A stretch of DNA of 64,000 nt from Raillietiella orientalis (GCA_036172245.1 JAYWIR010000018.1:3596001-3660000); one strand, 5' to 3'; positions 36,940 through 52,727 are shown, counted from the stretch's first letter. The notes: generated by a model not told the origin, from the sequence alone. Made by a program: numbers and translations.

Positions 36940-38688
36940 ACAACCGACCGACCGTCATTGTTCGGACGTGCATTCTTGCGCTCAGGCTTTGGAGTTCCTT
37001 TTGCGGTTGTTGAATTTTTTGGGTGTGGTGTAATTTTCCGAGGAAAATGAAGCATACGCCTGAACCTATGGATGTGGAGGAACTCCTCTGCCCTGCAGGA
37101 CCCTCCTCGGAGGAGAATGGAGCCTCCGCTGCTCAAGGCAGAGACGGCTAACGAAGGCCCAACCGGACGAGGCAGAGCTCCGGGCTTATGTAGCCCAAGG
37201 CTTCTAGCCCACGCTCTCCTACAAGGTTAGTGCCTTGTATACGGATGGGACGGGAGACCAGCTCTGGAGCGAGCTGGAACGCGTCGGGGTCCGCGAGAAC
37301 GACCTCCTGGAGTTAATGCCTGTGAGCGCGGTGGGCCATTGGGAGGTGCACTGCAAAGATGCAGCCCTCGTCCAGCGCCTGCTCCGAACGCCCCTGAAAA
37401 TCAGGGGTAAGGAGGTCGTCCCCTCGGCCCTGGACCGTTCGTTCGTGATCCAACTCTCGACCATTCGGCCGGGAATCGCCGACCACGACCTGATCGTTGC
37501 ATTGGAGGCGTTCGCCACCGTGCACGCATTGTGGAGGCGCGTGAACCCCGTCAAGAAGGTTCCGCGCCTCTCTCGCGGACTCGACACGGCGCGCGTCACC
37601 ATGGACGACCGGAGGCTGCTGCCTTCGCAGATCCTCCTCGGTGACGACGTCGTGTTTCTTCGGTTTGCCGGACAAACCCTGGCTTGCGGCAACTGCGGCA
37701 AAGAAGGCCACCGTCCGCGGAAGTGCTCCACACGCAGTTGCAGCTACTGCAAGATGCTAGGCCACTCCATCAATGAGTGCGCCGAGCTCAAACGCAAAAG
37801 GCGGTCGAGAACGTCCCCGCAACATCGCCGTCCGCGCCGATTCCATCTGCCCCATCGTCGGGCAAGAAATCTGGCGCAAACGAGGCTTCGCAGCGGAGTA
37901 GCCCAAAGTCCGATTGCGCGGGCGTGTCTGGGAGCAAAGCTCCCCAAAAGTCCTCGCAAAAGAACAAAAAGCTGCCCAAAGCAAGCCCCGAGAGACCCAG
38001 CCTGCCGAAAACATCCGACAAAAGGCTAAACTGCCGCCTCCGTCCGTTCCCGCCCCGGAAAGAAATGGCGGTGACACACTCAGGACGTCCACCGTAGCAC
38101 CAAAAAAGGGGTCGCGCTCCCCTCCGGCCGCGAAAGGCAAGCCGGTCACGGCGAGCCGATCCTCAGAAAAGGCTGCAAAGCTTTGCGCGATTCCGAAAAA
38201 TCCTACCACTCTGCCCGCAGCTTCCGGTGAGGATATGCAACAGGCAGATATGGCGAGGGAAAAACTGGCCGCCATTGCCCAACGGAAGGCCTTGGAAAGG
38301 ATTCACAGGACCCTGCAGGCCCTTGCGCCCAGCCGAGGCAAACTGGAGAACGGCGAGGCTGGCTGGACTTTCGTTGGGGGAAAGAAGAAGGAGAAGAAAC
38401 CACGCTATCCTTCCCACTTCCCCATCATTAAGGTAGGCGGGGTGAAGAGGCAGCCCCGCGCGCCAAGGAAAGTGCACGAAAAAGTCTCAGCTGCCGTTGC
38501 ACCGTTGCTGCCGTCTCTGTCACCCGCGACAAAAGCGCAGCTGCCGACGCCGAAATCCCGAGAGGGGGATCGGCTAAGAAGGCACCCTTCACCAGTGCTG
38601 GACCAGCTCCGAGCTGCAGCCAAAGAGACGGCAGGCAAAATGCCCGCCACGCGCGCGAAATTCGGACTCCGAGGTAGAATCCGATTTT
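36940..38688 (+). mobile_element. 5' part (UTR + ORF1) of L1/Tx1-type non-LTR retrotransposon, frameshifted and 3'-truncated
   Basis: ORF 37235-38029 has an RRM-like region and two CCHC knuckles (CGNCGKEGHRPRKC, CSYCKMLGHSINEC). A Lys/Pro-rich tail with GWTFVGGKKK follows in another frame. Confidence 0.85.
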
Positions 38689-39447
38689 CACCCGGAAATC
38701 GCAGGGTCGTTTATTTAAAAATAAACTTTACAAAAAGATGTCAGTGGCTGCAGCAATGCTCCAGCCACACAAGAAGAAACACGGAACCTGCCGGGTCACC
38801 GGTTCGCTGACCGGTACGGTCCACCAAGATAGCAGAGGAAAGAAGGAAAAACAAAAAGATATAACAAAAATAAAAAAATTTATATAAAAACAACATCAGG
38901 AGGGCACAGGAAGGGATCACAGTCTGCTGTGGGGCCGTTATATTCTTTCTCGGATGCCGTCAAGATGTTCTTGGATTGGGAATCCACATGGGTCCATCCA
39001 GTCACTGTCCTCATAAATTCGACTGCGCATTAGACGGCACCCACATCGCTTGGTCCTCCCGTTGCCTTGCTCTAAGCAGCGACGATCCCCAGAAACCAGC
39101 ACAAAGCTGCTAACGAGGCCGCAGGCCGGAGGGCGTCGCAAACGAAGAGAGATCTTACTGCGTCTCTGTGGTTGCCACAAGGGATAACGATTGCCGCGGC
39201 AAAACGGTTCCAAAGGGGCCAAAAAGCCACACAATCCAAAAGGAGGTGAGTGAGGGACTCCCGTTCTCCACACCTCGCACAATTGGGGCTCACCGCTCCT
39301 CAGGTCCAATGGTGTCGGCGGCCGTTGCAGGAGAGTCCCCAATGCAGCAACAATAGCGCCGACTCCTGCCAATTTAAGGGGAGGGTGGAGGTGTTCATCA
39401 GCACCGGGGGCCACTTTAATTGTTCCCGCGGAACATTTAGCAGCTCA
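38689..39447 (-). mobile_element. 5'-truncated non-LTR retrotransposon (ORF2 C-terminus + 3' UTR)
   Basis: LPLNWQESALLLLHWGLSCNGRRHHWT and CARCGERESLTHLLLDC. Variant terminal motif at 38689-38715. Confidence 0.9.
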
Positions 39448-42400
39448 CCCGCCATTGTGAACAGTTGCGCTGACTTGGCGCATCGGGGAGGATGCGCCGC
39501 CACTGGCGACGTCCTCGTACGATTTCGCTTCTCCGCGAAGGCCGTGAACAACGGCGCGCCACCGCCTGTGCTCCGCTTGAGGCGCACGTGTTTCGCGCGT
39601 TTCTGGCGTGTGCGGTACGTTTGCTGGGGCGCTCTTCGAGGCGCTCCCGTCGACGCTGGCCTTTCGCCTTCCAGGTCACCATTGTCCAGGAGCCGTCCTT
39701 TTCACCGATGACGTCCCCCCAGGAGAGTCGCTCTCCTGCGAAGCAACGTCTTGTTTCGCGAAGGTCGCGTCGTGACTGGCGGGTGCTTTCCGAAGTCCGC
39801 CTCGTTGCGCCGGCGCGTTCGTCCAGCCAAAGGCGAACGAACGATCCAGGAAGAGGAGTAGCCAGACTAAGAAATGAAAAGTTCAAAGAAAGGGCTGCCC
39901 GACCCACCATGCCAGTCTGGGACGGGGAAAAGCACCCTCAAACAAAGAAAGATACAAGATACGAACGAGTGAAAGGCCAAACGAGCCGACAAGCGTCTTT
40001 CGCTTCGGCCGTTTCATCGTTTCGCAAAGGCCGCTGATTGCTTGCCTGCTTCTTCGTTTACACGAGGCCACTTATCTGCCGTCTTCATGCTGGCGGCTTC
40101 GATGTTCCCGGTCGCCTCCTTGGGTATCAGTCGCCACTGGAATACGCGGTGGTCCATGACGATGGTCCGCATACAACTGATGGCCGCGATGAGCACGCCG
40201 CTGCGCGTGAAGCCATGGATGACGTACGTGTGAGTCTTCCAGGCGTGGAGGCGCAGGAGCGCCTCCAGGCACCCTGGCCGTGGCCTGCACGGCACCGCAC
40301 TCGAAGAGCATGTGCACAACCGATTCCACTGCTCCACACTCTTCAACGCTGGGGCATCGTCAACTCCCCCGGAATCGAAGAGGGCGTGTTGCTCCGCAAA
40401 AGAAACCTCAAAGCAACGCAAATAGCAGCTCATCCACGCATGCATTCACGAGAGTCTGCCAAATCGCATTTCGATCCGTGCAAAATGTGGCTTTCCATCC
40501 TCGGCCCATTGCTTTCCGAATGGCATGCGTTCTCGCGAAGGAGCAAATCCATTGCAAGGCTGCGCTGCATCCACACACGTGTTGCTCGTAGACATTCGAA
40601 GCTGCGGGACGCACACTATGGCAGGCAATGCACTCCTTCCAAAGCGCACATCGATAGGCATGGAAAATTGCACTCCAAGACACGATTCCCATGTTCCCAC
40701 GTATGCGTTCACCGTGCTCCTCGAAAACACTACTTGAGCCTCTGAATTCGTGTCAGCAGGGACGATTGCCCATTCCTTTTCTTTTCCGCTTGCGGAAATG
40801 AATGTCGTCAATGGAGCTGAGAAGAGGAAGGAATGGGTGCATGCAGCGTACGTTCCGTCTTCTCGATGGAGCCTTTCACTGCAACAACCGGACGTGCGAT
40901 GGATACGCGTCAGCGGAACGAACGTGTACAAACCGAATCCCGCAATTCATCTGCAGCTCGTGCTCACCGCGGAAAGGGGTCGAGCAGCAGCATTTGCGTT
41001 CCTTCGTCTTCCAACTGTTCCGACTTTGCAGCATTGGCTCGCGTGCCTGAGATTCTTGTGAACGGATGCTCCGCGCTGGCGTGCATGAGTTTCGCAATCC
41101 ATCCCGAAAGGACTCCTCCATTCCATACGTGTGATGGTGAGTCGCTGTGTTTCAGCGTGCACGCGTGGCTTTCTGCTGCCCCACACGGTGGCTCCAGTTT
41201 TCGCGTGTCTCCTTCACGACGCGTCACATTGGCACATTGGACAGGAACGTACCTTGGACACAAGTGTTCATGTAGGGAGGTTGCTTGCATATGGCTGCGG
41301 CAGTGTCAACATCATTCTTGCCAGAAAAAGGAATGTGTTGATGCGGGACTGGAGAAATTTTGTCATTCGCAAAGGGAGCTCGCTGGAGGAAGGGTTGCGA
41401 ACTGGAGATGGCCATTCGGTTGCATGGAACGAACAACGGATCAATTTCGCTTACGAATTTCACCGGGAAACTGAGGCAGACTCGTGTTCAAGGCAACTCT
41501 GAATGAATGGATCGTGAAAGACTGCGTTGTGGCAGCTGGTCAACGTACTCATGCATCATCTTTGCAAACCCCTCTCGTCCTTCCTGCTTACCATTTCCGA
41601 GATCCGCTTGTTCGTGATGGACGCGGTCCGCACGGGCAACACTGAAAAAAAATGATCCCGGAAACAGAAGAAAAGACCCGGTCGTTCTTGCAAAGACATC
41701 TTGAAGGATTCCCATTCCGGATGAAAAGAACACCTAGTCCGAAGCAACCACTTTGGCGAGATGTCAATGCTAGTTCTTATCAGCTTCACAAGGGTCGACG
41801 GTAATTTTCGAGAAATTGCCTACCACGCACTTCGGGAGTGCATTGAACTGCTGCCGTCCACCTCACACAGAAGCGTTTCCTCCACGTTCACTCGAAGAAC
41901 GAATACCTTTCGTCAGGGAATACGCATTCGGTGCCGAGTGGCTTTCAGGACAGTACAACTCGGAAGAAGACGCGACTTTCCATTGCGAGTGCAAGTGCTC
42001 TAAGCAATTGCTCACATCCTCCGAAACGCGTTTTGCGTTTGCACGCGCACGCTGCGTGCACATCCGTCCCATCGAATGCGGAGTTCGTGTGGTCGCCAAG
42101 CGGAAAATGTACACACGTGGCCGCAAACCTTTTCCTAGCCAAACATGGCGCGATCCATGCAAAGTGGGTTCGTTCCCAGTTTGGAAAATCCGCACCGTGT
42201 ACGACTGCCGAAAAGTGGGGTGTGAGCACGAATGCTGATTTGGTTGTGGTACGCCTGCGCACTCGAAACCTGGCTTCTATGTCATCCATGGACCACGCAC
42301 ACTCGAAGCAACGCAACCGTGGCATCTGCTTCTCCCAGCCCAACCATTCAGGGATACACAAACACTTTCATTCAATTTTCAGATTCCGGCGCTCATCGAG

Positions 42401-44895
42401 CGGCAGCCGGGTAGACGCAGCAAAGCAGCAGGCGGAAAAAGCGGAGCACGCTGGCCCGCGTGCCGGATTGGCGAGCTGGCGACCTGTCTGCCAGCCGGTC
42501 CATGCGTGCGCCAGCAGCCGAACTGCAGCGCTTTCGTTCGCTGCCAGCGACTGCGAGTCCGCTGGAGGAGCTGCTGCTCGTGCCGCCCGCGGCAACCAGG
42601 CGCCAAGCGGAGCTTTCTGCAGCAGGACAGCCTCCGCCCAGGCTGCCGCTGCCACCGTCCGTGGCGACACTGTCGCCTGCCGCCGCCGCGCAGCTGCTGC
42701 CTTCGATGGAAACACTGCGCTCGCATCCTTCTCCAGGTCCACGATCGGAAGCAGGCGCCTCCTGGACCGGTGTGCACACCGCCGCTGCTGTGTGTCGCGC
42801 GGGACCGTCGTCCTGAAGGCCGCACGCCAGGTCGCAGGTCGCTTCTGCCATGCCGGACGTGAAATACGTCCAGTCGGCGATGAAGTCGTCTGCCGGTGCG
42901 TCGCCTTCATCACGGTAAGAATCCGGGAACGGGACGTCGCTCACGTTTCGCTGCTCCAGGCTGGTCCACGGATCCCATGCGCCGACGCTGCCTCCGTTCG
43001 GCTCCGAGGATACCGAGCTACCGCTGCCACCGTCCGTTTCGCTCGATAGAAACGTCCATTCGGTGCAGCAGGACGACGCCGTTCCGCATCTTGGGTCGGC
43101 TGCGCTGGCGCTGCTGCCGTCCTCCGTCGCCCAGCTCCTGTCCCCGATGACGGCCCGCTCCTCCAGGCTGTTGCTCTCATCCTGGCTTGGAGCGGGCTCC
43201 CGTGCGCACATGGCGCTGGTGGTCCGGCCGTGGCCGTCCCGCCGTGGTCTACCAACCGTTGCTGCGTGTTGGCCGTCGCTACCTCCCGACCACGACGAGG
43301 AAGACGCCGAAGAGAACGTTTCCGACGCTCCCTGCTGCCGCGCCTCAACGTCTACTTTGTCCAGGGCACGCAGCAACTCCTCCCCTACTGGGGTCCTCTC
43401 CTCCACCTCGGCAGTGCCAAAGGGTGCATCCGAGCAATCGCTCTCGCCTTCCACAATCAAAGCATCCTGAGAACCGCTCATCTTGGCACGAAGCAGAATT
43501 TCCTGCTGGCACTCGATGCACGGACACGTTTGCTAAACAAAGAAAGAAATCCATGGAGACGACAACGCATCTTCCGTAAAAGAAATAGCCGGGCAACGGT
43601 TTGTAAACCCGCTTCTCTGTAGCTCGGCCACGTAAGGGATGTGTTTCTTGATTTCATTTTTTCTCATCGAAAAGTTTCAGTCGATGAGGATTATCCTCGG
43701 TGATAAAATTGGGAATTTGTTCGAGGAAGCGGATGAAAGAAATTTCCGTTTTCAGCAGACACCGCTGCACGGATACAGGAACGTTTCTCCCGCTGACGTT
43801 CGGTCAAGAACAAGACTTCCAAACCAGCTGTCAGCAACCTGACAAGGTTGCGTCTTGCGTCTCTCACTTCGGAGAGACAACGTTTATGGCTTCGTTTTGG
43901 CGTGGAGTAGCAGGTTCCAGGGGGTGTGGGGGAGGGGGGACTCCACACATTCCGCCGTGGATCCGCCTCTGCGTACGTGGGACGGTCGTCGCTCCTCCCA
44001 TTGTAGAATCTTCCGTTTCCTGGCCTCCGCATACAAAGAGCAGACTGTTCGGGGGCTTCTCCGGCTGGTAATCGCTTTTCCGTGAGCATTCCTGAAGTAG
44101 CGGATGCCACCATCGCCACCGAATTCTTCTTGTGAATTCCAACTTGTGGCAGAATTTCCGAGATCCTAGGTTTTCGGAGAGCCAGCAAGCAATCTGTGAA
44201 CCCTACACCGCTTGCCCTCTCTGCCTAGCAGCAGGGCTTGCACCATGCCGAAGCGACTGCTCCGCACACCACGAAGCATGCGCAGCTCTTCCCGAAAGTC
44301 TTCCCAACGGCGCCATGCATGAATCGCTCGTGGTGGACGTTTCGCGCCGGAAATCTCCGAAAAGGATGGCGAAATTCGAAACCAGTTCGTGACCCGCTGT
44401 GCGGAACATCTCAATCCGCGGGCTGTCCGTCCATCCATGCACAGCGGTTCGACTGCCCGTGCTCCCACTGCCCACAACTGTCTGCGAAGCTACGCGTGCA
44501 AGACGCGTACGTCCACCTTTGGGACGCAGGCAAGCGTCCAGGGCTTAAGGAATCTTGCCAAGAGAGTTATCTTCGATAAGAATGCCCTTCCGGTATACAA
44601 GGAAACCACAAGGAGAGGAAGGGCCACACGATTTGCCGAAGCGGCCGGCACTTGCACGGAAAAACGCAGCCCCAAAAGTCGCACGCGGGGAAGACGAAGC
44701 GAACCGATTGGAAGACGCGCAATGGCAAAGCGCCGTCGCCATGGAGCGCAGCTGGAAGGCGTTTTCGCCCTCCACCGATCGCGCGGCAGGTAGGCCGCTT
44801 GCAGAGGCGCTCATGGTCCAGCAAAGGGACGCAGCTGTCTGTCGCTTTCGTGAATAGCGGAACCGCTGTCGCGCTCTGCAAACCCCTAACCGACC
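39448..44895. repeat. Copy 1 of a 5.4-kb near-identical direct duplication of highly decayed LINE-like sequence (minus strand)
   Basis: Matches 52728-58283 at offset 13280-13288, with identical ORF translations. ESVVHMLFEC (about 40300-40329) resembles the ORF2 C-terminal zinc finger; the rest is too decayed to classify. Confidence 0.92.
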
Positions 44896-45857
44896 GCCGT
44901 CCCCGCGAATCGACGTAAGCAGCAGCGGCGCGCTTGCACGAGGACCGCTGCTTGTCCTGCGCCCTTCCCGCCCCTGGCTACCAAGCCAGAAAAATAAAGG
45001 CGACTTCCCACCCGGCAACGCGAGCCAAGAAGTTGAGCAGCCGCGTCGCAGGAATCCAGCAGCCCCACGGCTTGCCAGTTTACCGCCGTCCGTATTGCGC
45101 CCTGGTGAATTGACTATACACTATCCATTCCACAAGAATTGGTCCATGTCACTGCTCTTCACTTTCACGCTCAGTCTTCGGGCATCGAGTCACTGGATTT
45201 GTCTGAGGAGTTCGCTCACTTGACCATCTCCTCGAGATAAGTCGAAGCGGCCATACGTCCATAGCTCTTCATCCCAATTTCCCTTCTCCCCAATCCTTCG
45301 ACAATTTCCACAGCTGACATGCCGTTGATTGCGGTCCGCATGTACTCCCCTCTCATCACGATGCTCATGATGAACAGGCAGAGGCTAGTTCGGACCATTC
45401 GCTTTCAACGGGCAACCTCGGTACCAACATTACCAATATTGTACAAGCGTCCGCACCAACATTTCTTCTTTCTTGTTCGTCGGCAGCAACTGGCAGGCAA
45501 GTACGTTGGGAAGTTGGGTTTTCCTGACAAACCCTGCCTTGCACAACTCGTTGCCTGACCAGCGCTTCGATCTCGTGCCGCTCACGACCCATTCGGGGTG
45601 AAGTATGAGCAGGTCAACCCGAGTGTCGGAAGCCAAGTGGTCTCTCGTCGAGACCGAGGTTCGAACCGGCAGCACGTTCACCTGGCGGCATCCGCAACGG
45701 TCGGCGTCCTCACAATGAGCGTCTTCCTCGTCCCAATTGTGCGTCACAGCTTCTCGAATGTTTGCTCCGAGCGTCGCGCGCCGGAAGACGCACACCTGAT
45801 GCTTCCGGAGCTCTCCATACTTGTGTGTAAATCTTGGAAGCATTTTTGCAGTGCGGC

Positions 45858-46235
45858 AAAACACTCCCACCTTTGGACGGTCGCCGCTCTTTGCGAACTG
45901 TCCGCAATCCCGGAAGTTCGCGCTTTGCTTCTGGAAAATCCGCTGCTTGGTTTGCGGAGGGATGCACACGAAGTGTGTTATGTCCAAGGTGGTCGGTCAC
46001 TCCCTCTTCCCGGATCCCTGTACTCTTTGGCACGAGTTGCAGTGGGTGGGTGTTGATCAGTGCTTGCTTCCACGTCTCCCCACTTTCCGCGTTTGCTCAT
46101 TACGGAAGGCGCGAGGCCTCTGGAGGCGTTTCGCAGCTGCCTGCGGCCGCAGAAAGGCGCTTGTCCGATTCGGTGGCACGATCCAGGATTTGTGGCACGT
46201 CGAGCGGATCCACGGATCGCCGCAGCCACCTCATC
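45858..46235. repeat. About 378-bp direct repeat, copy 1 (left of NUMT)
   Basis: Matches 52217-52594 (offset 6359) with scattered substitutions. Confidence 0.92.
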
Positions 46236-46335
46236 CCGTTGAGGGGGGAATGCGAGTTTTGGAATGTGAGTGGTGTTATTGCCAAGTAGGATCGATGGAT
46301 TGGGAGTCGAATGCATTAATTTTGCCATATTGGAA

Positions 46336-47843
<1,508 letters not shown>

Positions 47844-47853
47844 ATACAGTTCG

Positions 47854-47910
47854 TAAGATTTTCAACTTTGAACTTTGAAGGTTAGCATTTGTATTAAACT
47901 TGTAATCTAA
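47854..47910 (-). tRNA. trnW: Mitochondrial tRNA-Trp (TCA) pseudogene in NUMT
   Basis: The minus strand reads aagtttaa...aaccTTCAAAGtt, the typical arthropod trnW anticodon arm. Confidence 0.65.
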
Positions 47911-47979
47911 GGGGGTAGTTGGATGGGTGAGGAAAGTGGTAAATTGTGAATTTCTTAACGATGGAATCTTTTGCTATGG

Positions 47980-48030
47980 GTTAGCGTTGTTGAGTTTGGG
48001 ATTGCAAATCCCATGTTATAGAAGAATTGA
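47980..48030 (+). tRNA. trnC: Mitochondrial tRNA-Cys (GCA) pseudogene in NUMT
   Basis: Anticodon arm TGGGA-TTGCAAA-TCCCA on the strand opposite cox1. A trnY-like sequence lies at about 47913-47976. Confidence 0.65.
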
Positions 48031-48094
48031 GTGTGTTTCGAGAGTACAAGGTAGTGCATGATGCACACTAAAATTGGAGTTTAGGGTGTACGTC

Positions 48095-49060
48095 AAATGT
48101 AGCTTGTAAATGGGCTTGGATGGTAGTAGTTAAGGCAGCATGGAAAGAGTATGAAAAGATAGGAGATGGAGGTTGGACTGAAAGATGGTTTAGGGTGATT
48201 ATGTGGTGTGTTCATGGGGATGGTAGTCCAATATGAAGGTAGATTAGGATGGAGATTGAAGAAGAGATGATTAGGGCGATTGCTTGTGGAGCGGGAATTC
48301 GTTCTAAAGTGCTTCGTTTTGGAAGGAATTCTGGTGGAGGGGGTATGCCGGAGGGGTTTCCTAGTGTGCTGTGAGGAAGAGAGATGTTGGAGCGTAGGGG
48401 GAGTTTGGGATCGGGATGGGAGTAAGTGATTGTGTGTTTCCTTTTTGTACAATTAGGATGGATGCGAGTGTTTTGATGGAGTAGATGATGAAGCAGGAAG
48501 TTCATATTCTGAAGGCTGTGTTTACTGAACAAGTTCTTCATGCTATAGGAGAAATGGATGAGTAGGCTAGAAGTAGTCGGATGGATGGGGTAGTTGGTCC
48601 TCTGATGGGGGCTGCGAGAATTGTTGAAGGTAGGATGATTGGTGAAGGTGAGAGGTGAAGGGATGGACATCGGAGCCCGTTTTTGTGAAGATGGTAGCAT
48701 TTTGGCAGTTTGTCATGGGAAATTCTTATTGATAGTGGGCAATGGTCAACAATGGAATGGAAGTATGGCAAGTTTTGTGTGTATGATTATTGCTATAGTG
48801 GTGGACGTGATGGAGGGGAAGGAGTTGAGAACGATGGAGGTGAATAGAAAGAGTGATGATGAAAGTGCTTGGATGAGGAAATGTTTTACTGCAGAATGTG
48901 TCGAGGAGTTGGTGGATGGGGATGCCATGATGGGGCATATGGAGATTGTATTGATTTCCAGTCTGGATCATATCATTAGTCAATGATTGGTTGATAATGT
49001 AATCAATGTTGTAAAAAAGACTAAAGGTGAAAAAATCAAGGCTGGAAGAGAGGGAATAGG
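48095..49060 (-). pseudogene. nad2: Mitochondrial NADH dehydrogenase subunit 2 pseudogene
   Basis: SAVKHFLIQALSS, KLAILPFH, IRLLLAYSSI, GIPPPPEFLPK; located between trnM and cox1. Confidence 0.9.
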
Positions 49061-49061
49061 G

Positions 49062-49125
49062 GGATGAAAGGGACGGATCATAAATGGGGTATGAGCCCAT
49101 CAGCTTGTTTAGCTTATCTGTGATT
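49062..49125 (-). tRNA. trnM: Mitochondrial tRNA-Met (CAT) pseudogene in NUMT
   Basis: The minus strand reads agataagctaaacaagctgATGGG-CTCATAC-CCCAT. Confidence 0.85.
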
Positions 49126-49879
49126 GAATTGGATTAGGCTTGTGGTAATGGTGCACAACATGTTATATTGATCGAAGAAATCCTTTTTGTAAGGTACATT
49201 GCTTTAGGGGTTGATAGGTTGAGTGGAGTTTTTATTTTCAAAGGAAATGTGCTTCTCAAACTAGAGAACCTTGGCTTAGCTTTTATGGATTGGTATGGTA
49301 TTCTCAATGTTTGAGAGGGAATAGGATATGTGATTTCAAAGCTGAATTGGTTAATAGAATGGTTTGACAATTTGAAAATGTGATGGTGTATGGTTAATTA
49401 GTGTAATTCGCGGTAGGGAAGTAGGTTGAAGCTGCAGATGGATAGGTGAGGATGCAAGATTGTTTAGTGAGTGATTTGTTGAAAAATTTCCGTGTTACCT
49501 AGTATTGGTCAAGGGGTATGTCAATTTAGAAAGAGTTAAGTTGCTGGGGGGCATGGTGTAAGAAGAATGTTGATTGTGGGGTTGCGTATTTATTTTAGTA
49601 TAATTGTACGGTGATGTGGAAGGTAAATGTTGGAATGTATAATTTGTTGGTGTTAGGGAATTTGAATTTGAATATCAGTTATGGAGGGCTGGTGGATAGC
49701 TGTAAATCTTGTGTGAGGGCGTAGTAGTAGTTTGGATTGGAAGGGCTGGTTTTTATTCTGAGCAATTGGTTTGGTTCGCTATTATTCTAAGATAGTAAAA
49801 ATTGATGAATTTCGTTTATTCTAAAATGATTTGAAGTTATAATGTTTGTTTGCAATTGGGAACATTAAGCATTGAACAG

Positions 49880-49933
<54 letters not shown>

Positions 49934-49935
49934 AT
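49880..49935. repeat. (TA)n-(TG)n compound microsatellite
   Basis: Directly visible. Confidence 0.95.
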
Positions 49936-50857
49936 GTATTTATACTTTTTTAATATCTTGTTTTGTCATTATTACGGAACAAATGCAAAAACATTCAAGT
50001 GGATAATTTATTGATTACCATACAATAGTAATTTTATAACTGATTTTAAATATGATGTTTATAGTAAATCTGGAAAGTAAATAACAAAATATTCTTTGAT
50101 TTTTATGGTTACTAAAAGAATGATTTCTTATTGAGGTATCACATGTTACCTTGTATTTAATGAAATGAATTGTCTTCTCAAAAAAAGGTTTTTACTGTCA
50201 ATCGGGTAAATTTCGAATGGATTCATCTTGAAAAGAAGAAATCGTTTAATCGAATATTTGGTTTACATCAAAGAGGAAAATTTCTTATTTGAGTTGAAAC
50301 GAATATGGCAGAAATATCCGCATTAAATTGAGGATTGAATTCTGCTTCAAGCTGTTAGTAAGTCTTTTTACACGTGTCTTGATGGTAGTTCAAATAATAG
50401 TAAAGTGTGCAGGAATTGTTTGAATTTCAAGTATTCAATTTGAATCCTAAAGAAAAATGGAATGAGCGATTCTTCGAAGTTTCGTTAATCTGCGTGGCAG
50501 CAATAGCGGTTCGACGTAAAAGTTGAATTGATTTCGATGTGTTCTTAACTACAAATCAAACTTTTCGGTTTTTTGTTTGCATATTAATTTCGAAGAAGCT
50601 ATTATTAATAAAACGGAACTCGTTTCTCTACTAGAAATAGTGGATATCAAAAAACAAGGAGGAAGACTTTTTTGAGTTGGTGGTCATGAAGATTAGTAGG
50701 GGAGTTTGCTTCATTAATGATGATTCGTTTTTTAATGTTTGTATATCGTTGATTGGGTTCTATAAGGGTGACTAATTTTCTTAAGAAATGGTAATTGAAA
50801 GTTTGAATCAAGATGCAGCATGCAAAAGAAGAATTTGTGAAGTACGGTGTCTTCAAC

Positions 50858-50861
<4 letters not shown>

Positions 50862-50898
<37 letters not shown>
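50862..50898. repeat. (AT)n microsatellite
   Basis: Directly visible. Confidence 0.95.
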
Positions 50899-50900
<2 letters not shown>

Positions 50901-52216
50901 AAATTTAGTATGGACATGGGTAAATTGAACAGAATAAGGATTGAATGCAAATCGCCGGTCGCTCTGATATCAGCTTAGAGAAGTGGTAACACAGCGGCTG
51001 TACCGGAAGGAGTTTCTCGGGAAGGGGGTAATTAACGAAGGAAGGTAAAATTTCCTTCGATGTTGATAATTGTTGAAAATTTTGTTTATTGGAAATACGA
51101 AGTGATTAGTAAAAAATTGGTGAATTTTATGGTGATGGCGAAATGTACCGAAAAGGATGTAAGTAAATAATAATAGAGTGTGAAAAGGAATTATCGTTTG
51201 CATCAGAGTGCTATTAATGGAAACTTTGTTCTTCATGTTGGAATAGTAATGACTGCTATATGTGCGAAAATCCGGTAAAATCTTATTTGGAGGACTTATG
51301 CTGACGAGTTAATATTCCTAATTATGAATGGGTGATAAATTCGGGATCAGCTAATTAGTAGTTGCAAATTGTGAGCTTTTGGGCAGCTATTTTGAGGCTG
51401 TGATACTCTATACTGTTAATTTTAATTTTCCAAGCATTCGATGAATCGAATGTAATGAATAAGAATTCGTGTGAAGTAATGTCCTAGTTGGCCAAATGTC
51501 AGGTAAAATGAAGTTGTAAAGTGAGAGTATGATAAGGAATTCGGCAAAAGTTTGTTTCGATTGTTTCCTAAAGACATTTTCTGATGAAGAATAGAAGGTA
51601 TGGTCTGCTCGGTGTATAATACACAGCTGCGGTATACTGACCGTGCTGACGCAGCGCCAGAATTCGCTGTTCAGTTGGTAGCCTGAATGAAGGATTGTAC
51701 GAAGCGAGGCCGTCTCGTTTTGTATGTTTGCATTGAATGCAATAGTGGGAAACGTATACTGAATTGAAGGGTCGAGGAGACCCTTTAGAACTCTTGTGTT
51801 CTTAGAGGAGTTGAAAGAGTGGTAGTACACGGAGATTCCAATACAATGTTATCTGGGGCGGATAATGAAGAATTCATCTTCATGATTTCGTACTTTTATA
51901 TGAAGTAATAATGATCTCGAAATGAAGAAAAAGTTACCTAGAGGATAAGGGCGTAATTTTCGTGGAAAGTTGCAATTGATACGAAATTGAGCAACCTCGA
52001 GGTTTTATTCGGTCTCTGCAAGATGAGTAAGGTTTGTAGTAACAGTGGGTTCGACTGGAAATCCTACATGAATTGAGTTTCGATCGGTGTAAGCCAGATT
52101 GGTTTCCATCTTGAAATCATAATATAGTGTCTTAGTACGAAAGGATCGGAAAGTTGCAATACTTTTTGAATAAAGAAAAATTTTCACATAGATGAGGGAT
52201 TTTTGTAATGTTTTCG

Positions 52217-52594
52217 AAAACACTCCCACCTTCGGACGGTCGCCGCTCTTTGCGAACTGTCCGCAATCCCGGAAGTTCGCGCTTTGCTTCTGGAAAATCC
52301 GCTGCTTGGTTTGCGGAGGGATGCACACGAAGTGTGTTATGTCCAAGGTGGTCGGTCACTCCCTCTTCCCGGATCCCTGTACTCTTTGGCACGAGTTGCA
52401 GTGGGTGGGTGTTGATCAGTGCTTGCTTCCACGTCTCCCCACTTTCCGCGTTTGCCTAGTACGAAAGGCGCGAGGCCTCTGGAGGCGTTTCGCAGCTGCC
52501 TGAGGCCGCAGAAAGGCGCTTGTCCGATTCGGTGGCGCGATCCAGGATTTGTGGCACGTCGAGCGGATCCACGGATCGCCGCAGCCACTTCATC
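52217..52594. repeat. About 378-bp direct repeat, copy 2
   Basis: Matches 45858-46235. Confidence 0.92.
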
Positions 52595-52727
52595 GCGGTT
52601 CCACCTGGCTGTCGCCGTCGGCACAACAGTTTTAGCCTGACGCGCGTCTTCCACTGTTTCCACAATGTCTTTCGCTGCACCTGTTCTACCTGCTTGCTCG
52701 TCCGTTCGTGCAATCGGCCGAAGGTCG

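Noticed and set aside
42393..43481. 362-aa Ser/Gly/Ala-rich ORF and the overlapping 372-aa antisense ORF (also at 55681-56769) as host genes
   Set aside because: Low-complexity GC-rich sequence within decayed, duplicated TE-like DNA; no recognisable domain.
51408..52130. Minus-strand ORFs in the AT-rich block right of the NUMT
   Set aside because: No recognisable domain or convincing exon chain.
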